Assembly: GCA_001742925.1 (NCBI GenBank)
Contig: DF977789.1
Span: 186,001 to 250,000, forward strand
DNA: 64,000 nt
Origin: Cladosiphon okamuranus
Taxonomy: Eukaryota
Direction of reading: 5' to 3'
The notes beneath the pieces were generated by a model. It had not been told where the DNA came from. It did no database searches and was given only the letters and a program-made list of their open reading frames with translations. The position numbers and the translations under genes are program-made. Shown here in pieces: positions 14,960 through 28,261 of the stretch. How positions within the stretch are numbered: the stretch's first letter is position 1; every line of letters begins with the position of its first letter.

Positions 14960-17445
14960 CCCTGCTCCTGCTCCTGCCCCTGCTCCTGCTTCTTGAGCTA
15001 GACACCGAGGCAGACCACCCACCCCTTCTGCGCGTGTTATTGCCGCGCGACGACGATCTGCCTCTACGCCCCGCGCGCGAGCGAGGAGCAGGGCTGCGGG
15101 AGTCCCTCCACCGTCTGCTGCTGCTTCTGCTGCTGAAGCTGCGGCTGCGGCTGCGGCTGCGGCTGCTCCAGCTCAGGCTCCGGCTGCTGCGGCTGCTCCA
15201 GCTGCGACTTCGGCCGCGGTCCCTGCTCTTGCTCTTGCTCTTGCTCTTGTTCTTGCTCTTGTTTCCGCTGAAGAGGCACGACACGGACAGGCAGCGTTTT
15301 GTCATTTTGTCACGAAAACCGTCAAAAATATCAATGGTCGTTCGCTGGCAACAGCTAGTGTGCTTGAGAACAGAGTGTCACAGTACGCATGATTCACACC
15401 ACATGAAGAGCCTCAAGCGCGTGCTTTGTTACGGGGGGCACCCAAGCGAACAATGGAAAAGTGACGGACCAAGACCAAAAGGTTCGGCAAAAGAGCGCGA
15501 AAACTAGGAAATAACGCACAGCAACGACATACATGGTGCCACCACCATGCATGCCCGAGGGGAAAACTTACGTCGCAAGCCACCACCATACATGCCCGAG
15601 GGGAAACCTAACGTCGCACGAAGGACACCAACGGACCAGTGGTGGTGGTGAAGACACGCGCGCAGTTGCTGCTTTCGATCACAACCCACCTTGAGCCGCC
15701 GTTTCCCTCCTTCTTCTTGCTGCCAGACTTCTTCCCGCCAGCAGCGCTCTTGCTACCCGTCTTGGTACCACCGCTCTTGCCCTTGGCGGTCTTCACCGCC
15801 CCGGTCGCCGCTTCGTCCACCGACGCATCCCCTCCAGCTGCGGTGCCGTTCTTGCTCTTCTTGGATTTCTTCTCGCCAGGCCGAGACGGGGACGGGGACG
15901 GGGACGGGGACAAGAGCAGCAGGAGGGAGGGAGTGTTCAGGTAAGGGATGGACGGAAGAAGCAAAACAAAGGAGGGACAGTAAGAAGGTCGAGTCGTTTG
16001 AACACGATGGAACTTCGAGCGCATCGTTCCCACGCTATGCTTCGAAGTACATCCACAGCAGTAAATTAGAGGCATATCCAGCAATCTTGAGCTCTCGCGC
16101 TTTTGCCGAAGGTGCTACTGCATGAATTCTTCGAATAAAATTTCCCTCATCTTGTGCCAATTAAGGCCGCTTTCTGTCGCCAAGCTTACTGCAGCTAGCA
16201 GCGCCAGCTAAACTCGGTCATCTCACGTCCCTCATGTCCTCCCCGCTCCATCTCCAGCTATTTACACATGTTTTCGATGTGCGAGCATCTCAAATTCTTC
16301 CAACACAGCAGTGTGAATACGAAGTACTATACCTTGCTCTTTTTCTTCTCTCCATTCTCAGCCTTCTTCTTCTTGCTACCACCACTTTTGCTCCCTTTGC
16401 CGCCCTTCGAAGGTACGTCGCCTGCTGCAGGGGCGTCTCCCGATCTGCTATCAGACAACGTGCAAAACACGCGAAACATCGATTCAAAAACGGCGGGGGA
16501 TTGGTATGTTCCTCGGGCGTTGTTTTTTAAAAACTCCCACAATCGGCGGACTAAAACTATATCGGCATGATGCTGCGGTGCGCCGCACAGGCGTGGCAAG
16601 CACGGGCCGAGATTTGACTACAGGGCGAATATTCGGAAACATCTACGGCAACAACGACAGCAGCGCGACACTGATCGCGTGCGTACAGACAAAACCAGAA
16701 AGACAACCGATCCGCGTCGTGCCCTTTTGTCGAGAGCGTCTTGGTCATACTGCTATGCACGAGACCTGTACCGTGGAGTGTTAAGGGAGGAACTTTCACC
16801 GACAAAGAGTAAAACTAAACTTTCTATCCATCGTCTGGGAATACCATACCCCTGTAGGTTAAAGGAAGTAGGTGACGAAAGGGCAAAAAACAGGAAGGTA
16901 GAGATCTTGGCGGGTCGGATTGAACATGTTGGCTCGTCTTCGGATCGACATCTCGCGAGCAGCACAGCTGCTATCATATGCAACCAAACGCACGTTCTGG
17001 GTCGAGTGTAGGCACACACACACCAAAGGAGAGGCCGCTGAGACTCGAGCGGACTGAGGTGCTCTGTACGGACATACCTTAATCCAAAACCAACGCGTAA
17101 ACTTCTTCCCAATGGCCCTTCCTGCAGCAGATCCACGACAACAAGCATCATCCCTGACAATGGAAGGGCTGGACCCGCCCAACACGCCTGCGCCCACCTT
17201 GGTGTTGTGTCGTTGTTGGCTGCTGCCTCGCCGCCAACTCCTGCGCTCGTCGAACGATGTTGGTGTTGGCCCCCGATCTTTGCCTCACCGAACGAGGCAT
17301 CATGTGCCCCGTTGCTCGTCCCAACACCGCTTCTCCCGCCACCACCATCGACGCCTTCGGTGAAAGCGGAGGTTTGGTGGCCACCCTTGAGGCCGCTGTT
17401 GCTTGCGCTGTCCCGCGGGGCAGGCTCGTGCGCTTGCGGCTCCAT
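7789..17445 (-). CDS. Long multi-exon low-complexity protein with Lys-rich, RS-repeat, RD-rich, RGG/Pro-Gly and acidic segments; possible nuclear RNA-processing factor
   Basis: Exons: 17445-17198 (MEPQAHEP...), 16444-16333 (KKKKAENGEKKKSK), ~15875-15690, ~15267-13401 (SRSRSRSR, RD-rich), ~13145-13000, ~12510-12204, ~11947-11518, ~11175-10335, ~9915-9650, ~9385-9109, ~8880-8311, and a last exon ~7941-7789 (...VLSVLEPSH*). Several boundaries are approximate. Function is inferred from composition only. Confidence 0.7.
14883..14990. repeat. Coding hexamer repeat (CCTGCT)n encoding Arg-Ser dipeptides on the minus strand
   Basis: Directly visible, interrupted once around 14908-14925. Confidence 0.9.
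15540..15618. repeat. Two-copy tandem repeat of ~41 bp in an intron
   Basis: caccaccatRcatgcccgaggggaaa...acgtcgca occurs twice. Confidence 0.8.
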
Positions 17446-18407
17446 CGATTGTTGATGTACACCTGTGTCTCTGTCCCTTGCTCTCCTCCGCCGTCCGCCT
17501 AATGCTAAGCCCGCTGTCACGCACTACATACACTGCAGCACATGTGCGGGTGGTGTTTCCGCTTTACCTCTCTCCCTGTCAGTCTAGTCTACTCGTCGCT
17601 CCTTTCTTCGCGGTCCAGGTGTCCAGGTGGCCCTCCAAGCAGTCATGGGGGCAAAAATGGGAAGTGCGTTATCGCATACCTCATTTTTCTACTACGTACC
17701 CCCGCTGCCAAGGGCATCTTTAGGGCGAGACCACCCGTAGCACCGGCCAACCGCTGACCGGGGTCAAGCCACTTCCTCGCTGTGCCTCTCTAATGCGGCG
17801 CGCTGTTCTAGGATGCAGCCGTCGATCTTCTTCTAGTTCGTCTCCTGCTGCTGCTGCTGCTGCTGCCGCTGCTACAAATAGGTGTGCCGGTCAAGTCAGC
17901 GAAGTCGATGCGGGAGGAAGGTGCGGAATGTTCCGCATCTCCTGCGCCTTACTTATGATGATAAGGCACCCATCATGCTCTACAATAGACTCGATGTCTA
18001 CATAACCGGCCGGCCATGTCCCGTCGCCGTTATGAGGGGGGTTGTTGAATTGGTGTAGATGTAGATGCGTATTGGCCTGGCCCAACAGGTGTGTGTCGTA
18101 GCGGCGTTGCATGTTAAATACTTGAAATTGAAGTTCACAGCTTTGTGTGTCGTTGACGACCGTCGGCGCCTGCGGTCCAGAGGGACGATAGGGTCTACAG
18201 CAGCAGCAATACCAGTATCACCCAGAGAGTCGCACGTCCCTTTCGTGGCGAAGAAGGAAGGCAAACGTTCAGATATCCTCTTTGCCGTTTGTCGGCGATC
18301 GAAACGAACCATGGCCAAAGATGTCTCCCGGAGTTGACAAAAAACGGAACGTACTCCGTGTGCTGTCCTGTCTGTTTTCTCTCGATCGTCGTGAAAACGT
18401 TGCCAGG

Positions 18408-21400
18408 ATGTCGACGAACGCCTTTATTGGTGCGGCTAGGAGCACTGCGGCCAGCGGCTCTCTCGTGTACGAGGGAGAGCGAGCGGTTCACGAGTACCTC
18501 CAATTTCACTTCGGAAAGTGAGTCATGTTCATGTTTCATGCAATCGCGAGAGACACGGACGGCAACGGGATAATAGTTACCCCGTCGTTGACATGCGGAA
18601 CTACCTCTGTATACGTACCTTCGTTGCCTTTGCGAACTCCACGAGCGAGGGGGGAGGGGTTGGTCCTTGGCGGTGTCTCCTCGTTCAAGTTAATCCGTCG
18701 ACATGACGTCGGTCGCAGGCCTGGCGAAGTCCTTCCGTACGACTGCGGGCCGAAGGAAGCCTTGGACTTCCCAAAGCGCTGCGCCGACCTCTGCGTAGAG
18801 GCGGTCGTTGGCAGCGTGGCTTCACGGTCGGAAGGCGAGCAGCACGGCACCGATCGCGCAGGGGGGGAGCTCGAGGCGGGCGCGTCATTGAAGCAGCCCC
18901 TCCGTGCCATGGACGTCGGGTGCGCCGTTGGAGGCATCTCCTTTGAGCTGACGCGTTCGTTCGATGAGGTGAGGGGTGAGGGAGCGGCGTACATGTAGAG
19001 GGGGTGGGTGCTGAGAGAGGAACGAGGCCGCCAAACTTCGCTCGACGAAATAAAAAGGCGGGGGAGGGGACCAGTGGAGCGGCTTTTGGCGGCTCCGCAG
19101 CGTTCTTTTTGCGCCGATGCGGGGTGCTGTTCGCCAGTGATGTTGTTCAGTTGTGGTCCTTGCTTTCACCCGTGGCCAGCCCGTCAATCATGTCTTTCGC
19201 GGCGCTCTCTACGTAGTATTTGTTCCGCACATGCGATACAAGTCCGTTAACCTCGCTCGTACCTGGGTGCAAATTCCTTTTGTACTCTCAGTGTTTTCCT
19301 CCAGTGGAAGATTATATTCCGTCGGCGCTGCACACGCCACCGAGGGCACCGCTTGGGGTCAATAGTTCGGGTTTTCTTGTCCATCTTGTCGACCCGTTCT
19401 TTTCTTGCTACCCTCGCCAACCCTTCATTTTAACCCGAGCCCTTTCTATCACAGGTGGTGGGGGTCGACTTCTCTGCCAGTTTCGTAGAGGCCGCTGAAC
19501 AGATGAGGGTGGGGGGGAGGTGAGTGGGGCTGCTGGAGCGGTCGCTGGCTTCGTCTTTCGTCGTTTGCCTGAACGTGTGGGATAGACTCCACGGTGACTT
19601 ACCGGCGAACGTAGCGACTATGAGCCCTCAACTATCAAGCCTCCCTGTAAAGCTCCCCGGAGAATACGTAGACTACTCAGTTTGCTTCCTATACTATCAG
19701 CTTACTTCCGGAGTAGGCTCAAGTCGATGGGTCATCTACGGTCGTGGTTTCTTCCTCGACCCCGTCTCTGCCCCCCCCCGCGTTGCTTTTACGTATGAAC
19801 AACGGTCCATCAACTCCTCCAGAACAGAATATGAGTACCTGGAGCAAGGATCGGCAGTTTTCCAGAGAGAGGCGGTCTTGCCTGAGGGGACGGTGCCCTC
19901 GAGGGCCAGCTTTTCGCAGGGAGATGCTTGTTCTTTGGACGTTGAAGCACTGGGGTCGTTCGATGCCGTGCTCGCCAGCAATCTACTGTGCCGGTAGGTA
20001 CTGACCGCATTTGTTTTTTTTCCCTGGGTGCTCGAATGCATGAGTCTTGCGCATGCCACCGCAGGCGAGAACCATGTGGTCCGTTTTCGACGAGGTATTA
20101 AGCACACAGAGATTTGTCCTCCTGGGGTATATGGTTGAACGCCTGCGTCTGTTTGTTGTTCCGAATCCTGACGGCAAGGAGTGTGAGTCGGCGTCAGTAA
20201 GACCGAGGTTTCCTTTATTTCCCGAGAGGGTGGCGTAGAGTAGGTTGAGATGTTTGGTGTCCTTTTGCGGTGGAACGGAGTGAGGTGTCTGCTCTACTTG
20301 TATTCAAATAAAGTAGTTGTTCACAGTTATTCGCGGACCTCTTTCTTTCTCTCATTCTTTCATTCTTTCTTTTTCCTAGGGGATAATACGGTGCTACTGT
20401 AAGCTCCTGTGCCCTTTTCATTTCTCTTCCTCCTTGTGTTGGCTATCTCTCGCCGGCGTGAATTCGCATCGTGCTTGCTGTCTGCTACATCGGCGTTCAG
20501 ATTGCCGAAGCCTCAATCATTTCTGGAAGACCTTCCCGCGCTGGTCAAGCCTGGCGGGGTCGCGGTGCTCATATCTCCTTACTCGTGGCTCAAGGAATAC
20601 ACCGCTCCCTCGGTAGGTGAACCTGAACCCCGAAGCACGGACCAAGTTCGTTGGGAAGGCTGTATGAGTATGTCTCCATCCTGGTCGCATCAATGATTCT
20701 GTTCGACTTCCGGCACCCCGTTCCTGCTGCTTTACCCCCGTCAATCCGTCGGCGCGACCCACCTCTGCCGTCGCCTCGCCTAACCCACATCCGTCCACTG
20801 CTAGTATGTCGAAACGGTTTAACCTTCCAAATACTCTGGGGCTTCCTGCAGGAGTGGCTCGGAGGCTTCCGGGAAGGAGAAGGAGAAGACGGGGAGGGCC
20901 AACTAGGGGGGGAGTTCGTTGATAGCTTCGAACGGGTGAGGTCTACAACGCAGAATTTGAATATTTGTAAATCAACTTGTGCACGCAGCAGTGAAGTGTG
21001 TAAATCACGTTGTGCGGAGTTTATTTTGGTGGAAAGCTGTCGCAGTTCACCGACCTACCAGTATTTGGTTTCTGTCGTGTGAGTCACTGATCATCACGCT
21101 CCAGTGCAGATCACAATTGCGGATAGATGCCGCTTAGCCTTTCACGTGACGCGGCGAGCCTCGCACGGTGCTTCGAGCCTTTGGGAGCCTTAAGGCGGTT
21201 AGAAACCAAACGACCACGGAAAGCACCCACCCACCGTCCATCCATCCATCCATCAATCCATCAACGAAACCGCCCTCCCCTTTCCTTCCTCTCCCGTTGT
21301 CTGTCCTCTCAGATTCGGTCGATAATGGAAGCCGACGGTGTGTTCCAGCTTGAAAAGCGTGTTCCGATGCCCTTCCTCATTCGCGAACACGCGCGGAAGT

Positions 21401-21453
21401 TCCAGTGGGGGTGCTCGGATGGGACCGTGTGGCGCCGAAAACAGCCCCTATAA
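18408..21453 (+). CDS. SAM-dependent methyltransferase resembling the OvoA C-terminal (mercaptohistidine N-methyltransferase) domain, stand-alone
   Basis: Seven exons: 18408-18517, 18719-18968, 19455-19519, 19823-19993, 20501-20612, 20852-20935, 21313-21453. They give YLQFHFG, DFPKRCADLC, RAMDVGCAVGGISFEL (motif I), VVGVDFSASF, FSQGDACSL, NLLCRLPKP, KPGGVAVLISPYSW, EWLGG and MPFLIREHARKFQW. An AG just before the ATG leaves room for an upstream exon. Confidence 0.85.
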
Positions 21454-23302
21454 CTATGATAAGCATGGGCTGAGCCTCGAACGCTGGGCGCGTACCGCCG
21501 ACGCAGGGCCGATCCACGCAGCTTAGTGTGCTGTTCAGCGTACTTTTCCCCGCCTAGTAATGTGTTGAGAAATTATCTTAGGGAGGAACGACCTTAGATG
21601 CATCGATCGCTGCTGCGGGTTGGTTGTCCCGATCATGGGGCAGCAGTGCGGTGTAGGATAAGCGAACTTCACATTTTCGGGCTAGATACCAGTATACTAG
21701 ACCGCGCCGAAGCCCTTTTTTCGGAGGATTCTGTGAAAACTGTTGTTATGTAATTGAAGGTAGGGCATATGATAGCTGTCTAGCACCCATCGGGCATGTA
21801 TTTGGCCTGTCTGCGGAGACCCCGCAGCAGCCTCGTTGGATTCACCCTTGATGCATGGGCTGCGCCTGAGAGCTTATTATTCGAGAACGTTCGGACAGAG
21901 GAGACCCCACGAGACCCTGAAATCACATCACAGGACTGACACGGTTTGCGGTAGGCACCCGGTTGGTTGATGGTCGCTACAGTTGCCCGCTTTGCTGCAC
22001 AATGTCATATGTATGCGGACGTAGACGTCGACACCGCCCACGCTTTCCCGGGGTTCTCTCCGTCCAGGCAGACGCGTGTGACAATCCAGTCCTGCCTGGA
22101 CTCTTCTGTTTCTTTGAGCAATTGCACTTGGGAGCTACCAGCTGGACTCGGAAAAAAATCATTTTTCATGAGGTTCCGGCCGACTTGCCGCGGCCAACTC
22201 GTACTATCAACAGCGGCAAGAATTTAGAGCCTGAGAAGGTCCTGTTAGCGGTAAACTTTAACCAGGACCTACCTACAGTCGCCGACGCTCTCTTCCCGCC
22301 AACTGTTCTTGCGGCTGCCCACAACGCTCCCCCGCCTAAAAATTCTGATTCGTCAGGACGCATGTGAGTACCACCAGCTGCGCGGTAGCAACGCGTTAGT
22401 AAGCGACGATGCCCCGAAATTGTCAATTGTTAGGAATGGAAGATAGTAATATATTTAGTGACGATATTTACCCTGGTCCCAATGCTGTAATTTAGCATTC
22501 CAACAAGGCATTCAAACCTACGACATAGAAACAGCGTGCACAGACACATGCATAGCAGTGATATCTGCAGGCGCGCCTATGTTTTCGTGTGTTCCGGGAA
22601 AAAAGGGGTTCACGAACGAACGGGGACCTTAACTGTGTACCCATCAAAAACAAAAAGCCGTTACACTGTTTTCGTTGATAAGAGATCTACGCGGCGCGGG
22701 TCAAAATATTCAAGGAAATCCAGATCCACAGCTGGTTGCCAGCCACGAGCAAACACCTCTCTTTCGACTCTCGGATAGTAGGCGTTGATTCAATGAAGCG
22801 AGGGGGCGTGGACTCGGTCGGAGTCGGGGCTTTCATCTCGGGTCGCGGAGGCGACGTCCCAACCAGGTGTGTGTGTGTGGGTGGGAAGTGATCTCTCGAG
22901 CTGACCGCGTATTGTGTGGAGGTATGTGTATACTAGAAGTGCAGAGAGCAGTAGCATTCTCCAGCAACAGCGCTGACTTCTTCAGACGTTCGCTGTGCTT
23001 TTGGCTTTTCAGGCCTGTCAGGACAAAACAGCGGTCCTTCTTAGGTACAGCAGCCCACCACGCTTCCAACCACTGAATGGACAATAGATCAACAACAAAC
23101 AGTATCACCAGTATGACCCGCTGTGTTAGCATGTACCAGGCTCCGTCATGACGAGTCATTTAGCTTCGAAAGTGTCGATGTACAGAGTAGCTGTGCACAT
23201 CTCATTTGCGTCTGATTCCGCTCTGCGCCCTCCATCTCGACAACGCGTATTGGCAAATTTTCGATGGTGTTGGTACATACGTACGAATACAAACGAACGC
23301 AG

Positions 23303-26300
23303 TGAGTCTCGATCGGACGCTCAACGCGGTTCGAGGAGCAGAGGGGGCGCATCGACGTTCAACGTCTACTCGCACCTAGGTCAGGGGGCGGTGGAGGAAG
23401 ACGCCTCTTCAAAGGACGGGCCTATGATTCTAGCGCCGAGAAACTTCTACGGGGCAACCGACCCGACCAACCATAGTCGCAGGTTGGGCATGAACACGCA
23501 CGGCAAAGGGGGAGAGGGTTGATCAAAAGTGATAGTTAGCGCCGTGAGCTGCTCGTGGCGTGTGGTAGTTCTTAGAAAAACAATCGACGTAAGGGATAGG
23601 TAGTTTTTTTAAGCAAACGACCTGCTGTAGTCTCCTCTACAGCAGTAGATGAGAGTAGCACTGATGGTTTCCCAACCCGGCCGGGGGGGGATTGTCCAAC
23701 GTGCTGAAGGATGTGATCATCGACATCGGTGGTCTTCTGCACGTTGGCAAGGTGGCTCCAACGTGGGTTTCCACCCTGTTTTTTGTGGTGGGGTTAAGCC
23801 GAAGCCCGGCTCTAATGTCTACGAAGCATATATCAAGGCGAAGAACGCCCAACCTGATTCACATATGTCAAAAACGACCGTAAAGGCATTAATACGATGT
23901 GAAGACTAAAGATACCCCAAACGTGGTCCCAACGGGTCACCCACTCCACGTTGCAAACGTGCGCAACACCGGTGACGCTGAACCCCCCCCCCCTCCCCGG
24001 GTTGGGAAATACCCCCCCCCATCGGAGCAAACGTCCACCAGTGAGCGATCTCCCGGCCACAGAGATTTTCCCCCTCTCATGCATCCCGGACGCTTTCTGC
24101 ACCTACCTACGTACCTTCTGTGGCGAATTTTTCTTCGTCTTTATTCGCAGTGCCGGCAGCCGAAGCGGCGGTGGCTCGAGAGAGAGCGACAGCAGGCGCT
24201 CTTTCGCCAGCGCCGGAGCTCAGGCTATCGGCGGCAGCGGATCACCTCAGGTGACTGCGACGGATGGGTTGAAACCTCGAGAGCGCTTGCGATCATTCGG
24301 CTACAATAGTCTAATGGTGCTCGTTTGCGGGAATGTGGAAGAATTCGAAGGTGTTCGTCTTGTAGAATGGACAGAATGGTAAATCCGGACGTCTTTGAGT
24401 CAAAGAACGAGATGATTGTCTGAGGTCCAATAATACCCCCGCCACCAAAACCCCGACCGCAAACGTGTACGTACATAATGCATTGATTGTCGAGGAGCGC
24501 CCCGCCCTGTTCACTCCACTCTTCGCTTGAACACCCGCAGGCTGTTGTCCTTGTTTGTAAAAGGTAACTTAAGAGTTAGCCTACGGCTCACAAGGCCACC
24601 CAAGACGATAAACATGTGTTACATACTACCAGCAAGCGTCTCCCACGAAGGGCGCACCGCTGGGAATTCAACGGAAACACGAGTAACAGCTTATAGGGAA
24701 GCAAAGAAGTTGGACCAAGACCCCCAAAATCGACGTTCCTTCTCTAGGAGCGCCAACCTCGGAGTTCGTCGTTGGTTCCTGAAACGCCGTAAACACACCC
24801 ACCCTTAGCTCTCCTCGCACTCTTTGGCGAACAACTGCAAAAGTCCATGGTTGTACTATGATCCAGCAGGCGAACGGACCACCGACAGGAGGACCCAGGG
24901 GCAGGTTCCTCCTCCCGAGAAAGCCTGTAAATTCATGCTGAACGCGAATGAACACCCGTTGGTTTGTGGCTTGTTCTGCGTGCTTAAACGCGTGTGACGA
25001 AATCCACGTATGTATCTAGGCATCTTCTAGGCGCTGTCGAAGCTGGGGAGGTGGGACATCGTCCTCGGTGGGTGCGGCTCTCGCCTGGGGTACTGCGTCG
25101 GCCAACAACCAAGTGGCCACGTCGGAGTCTTTCTACCGACGCAACCGCGGGGAGGGGCAGGATTCCGAGCAAAGGTGGAACAGCGTACTCTTACTGCACC
25201 TACACTACTACGTACATAAGGCTCACGTTGACGGAGGTGTGTAGACTTGCTACATGTAGAATTACACGAACGACAACCAATCGCTTTGCGACGGTTGGTG
25301 CTTGCTTCCAGAGCGACACGACAGTGACCGTGGTCGACTGCGCTCAAATCTGGTTGAATATATAGCACTTGGTTCTCTTCCCTATAAATTGTCTATGTTT
25401 GAGTGTTTTGTTCCGTGCTGGGAGCTCCGCACCAGTGATCAACCTAACATCTATGTACAAATGATGAACTGTTAAATCTGTGCGTAAAGCCCGCAATTGC
25501 TCTCCGCAGAAGAGCCTCCTCGGTAGGGTAAGCGCACCCTCTCAGCCCAGTTCGGATTTTGTCTAGACTGCAGCCTCCGAGCACTCTCCGTTTGTGCAGG
25601 GGTGCACGAAGCCAGTCCTACGGGACTCCCATACCCGTCCGTGACAGCGAGCCAACTGTCGATTGTATCCAACGTTTCCGCGCCCACCTCCACGCCCACC
25701 CCTTCGACCTTCGCCGACAGTAGCAAGGGCTTGACCTCCGCGCGCCTCGGTAGCAATGCCGAAGGTTGGCGCTGTATCCCCGGCCTCGAAAACCCATACC
25801 CTGCGCACACCCCGTCGGAGGCAAGAGGCAGCGGGTGCTACAACTCCGATGGGCAACAGAGGAGCCCCTACCATAAGGACGGCATGTCTGGTGCGGTCTC
25901 GTCCGATCCAAGCCACGGGCAACCCCCGCTGCCGGCGATGAAGGTGTGTACGAACGTGGAAATGGAGAGAAACCTCTGTGTTCTCTCCGATCATCGTACC
26001 CCCTGCCCCCGCACTCTCGTACATACGTCATTTTACCATCGCTGCCGTATATGACCTTCCCTAAACCTGGGAAATTTTGAGTCGGATCGGCAGATACGGA
26101 CGGACCTCGAAGATCGAGGGCCGGTAGCCGTCGAGGGCGATCCTCAACGGCTACCCCACATTTTTCTCTTCCAAACCCTGCTTTGTACTGTTTGAGAACA
26201 TGGTACTGTATTGGTGCAGTAGTTGCAGATACACGAGGACGCTCCTCTCCTGCACTTTAGAATCCCGCGAGCTTCTTTCTTCGTCACTTAGGTGCGAACT

Positions 26301-26761
26301 GTGGTTCTCGGTTTCTTGGCTGGCCGTCTGTCGTACAGAACCCGCACAAATAGGATACGGCCATTTCTAAGCCGCTTTTGTCACCGCCTTTCGCCGTACG
26401 ACAGGTCCCCATGTCACACGGCGGGCTCACGTCCTCCTCCGCCTACGGCTCCGGCCACGGCGCAGACTCGGCGGCAAGCGTGAAGGGGAGTCGTCACACT
26501 CCCCAACAAAATTTCGGCGGTTTCGGGGGACAGTTCGGGGAGCGGAGTCTGCAGAGCGGTCGGAGCGGCGTCAACCGGGGCACGGCGCGTGGCCTCCCCC
26601 CGGGATACGCTCCGTCCAGCGGAGGAGGGGTAGATGCCGCCCTGTCCTCGAACGCTTTTGCCAGCGGGCACAACCAAAACTGCGGGAACGTCATCACCGG
26701 CAGACCGTCTTCAAGAGTCACCGCCCCCCCGGGCGGCCACTCAACCTTCAGCCTCGGGTAG
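23303..26761 (+). CDS. Ser/Gly-rich protein with a C-terminal SPIRAL1-like motif; putative microtubule-associated protein
   Basis: The last exon, 26405-26761, ends ...SSNAFASGHNQNCGNVITGRPSSRVTAPPGGHSTFSLG* and joins in phase 0 to exon ~25600-25943. Likely upstream exons are ~23303-23482, 24151-24250 and ~25031-25174. The start codon and internal structure are uncertain. Confidence 0.65.
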
Positions 26762-28261
26762 TCACTGGGTAGGTGTCGATGCTTTTGGCGGAGCGAGCCG
26801 AGACGACACGCCCGTGTGCGATCGAGCATTTCGCGTGATCGTGGTCATCGTTGGCCTCGGTTTCGTGTTATTGCAGAGATGGGGCGGAAAGAGGTACTTG
26901 GTAATGTTCACCTATATGAGACGCTCTGGCATTTCGGTGAAGTACCAAGAAATCCGGTCGTGGAGAGCTCTACAGCAAAGTAAAGTGTTGGCGTTCTTGG
27001 AGGAGAGATGACTCTTTTGTAAGAGAGTTTTGGACTCGACATTCACATCTATTCTTTTCGGTCGATTTGTCGGGCATCGTTCGGAAGGGGTGGATAGAGG
27101 TGATCCAACCGAGAACGTGCTCGAAGCTTTGTCATTGAAAGCGCCGTACGCCCACTACTAGCGCTGCACTCATCCATTCGATATTCTCAACGCAGATACT
27201 TGTAGCGCATTGCAGTGGGGATTCGCTTTGGGGGGCAGGGGGGGCGGGGTGGGATAGTGTATCCATGATAATGTATCGCCGTGGACACCGCGTTGTCAGG
27301 AGCCATCGCAATTTTCGAGGTTGGTTTGGCAAGCGAGGATTTCGGTGATATACATTAGGTAGTTCCTACTGATCGAAGTGGCGTTAAACTCTTCGGGGGG
27401 TTTTCTCGCCCCACGTGAAGTCGAATACCCTTTGGGTTGTAGCGGCAAGATATTCCGCGTTTGTGCTACGCTAAACCCCTGTGTTCGATGCGTTGAATGG
27501 TCTCGCTTTCGATACCAATAACTGCGATGTGGGACGTCCGCGACGCTTGTCGAGCATCTTGTTCGCCGGGACGAACATCGTTTGATCGCGACCCTTGTTC
27601 AAGCACATTTGGGTCGGATCTTGCTCCCGCACGGGGCCTTTTCCAAGTATTTAGACGAATCAATTGCGTCAAGAAAAGGAACAAAAAAAAGCTTCCATAT
27701 CAAAATTCACCTGTCCCAAACGGGTCTAGCCCCCCGCTAATGCACTCAGGATTATCCTCGCTTTCATAACCTACGTATGTATGTAGGTTGGTACTTGACC
27801 CCTGCGGAAAGGACGTTAATACCGTGACCGCCGGTCCCTCGCAACCATGGGCACCTCATCCACTGCAGAGATCAACGTTCTGTATGGCGTGACGAACGCA
27901 TGGCTACCCCACCAGCGCCGCAGAAGCGGTCAACGAAATATACTCTCATCATGCAAACCTCTGCTCAAGGGCTGTTACTCCGGAACTCTCATCCCAACCT
28001 AGAAACGTCCATGCTCCCGCCCCCCGAATAACATCCAGGGCCAAGGTAATCGCGACCGCAGAGACTTGAAAGCAGCTGCCAAAAACAAGCCATTCGCCGG
28101 AGCTGCCAGCGGTTTGAGTTTGGGCACAGTCGTGCGTTTGGCTGCAAAAATAGCTCTGCAAACGTGTACAAAACGTGTCCGAGGCAAGTCTGAGCGGCTT
28201 TCGCCCCCAGCGGCAGATTGCATGCAAACCGATCTGAAACCGCGAACCAAGCGCGGCATTT

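Noticed and set aside
13977..15507. Long plus-strand ORFs (339 aa Ala/Pro-rich; 210 aa poly-Leu)
   Set aside because: They are antisense shadows of the repetitive RS/RD exon on the minus strand.
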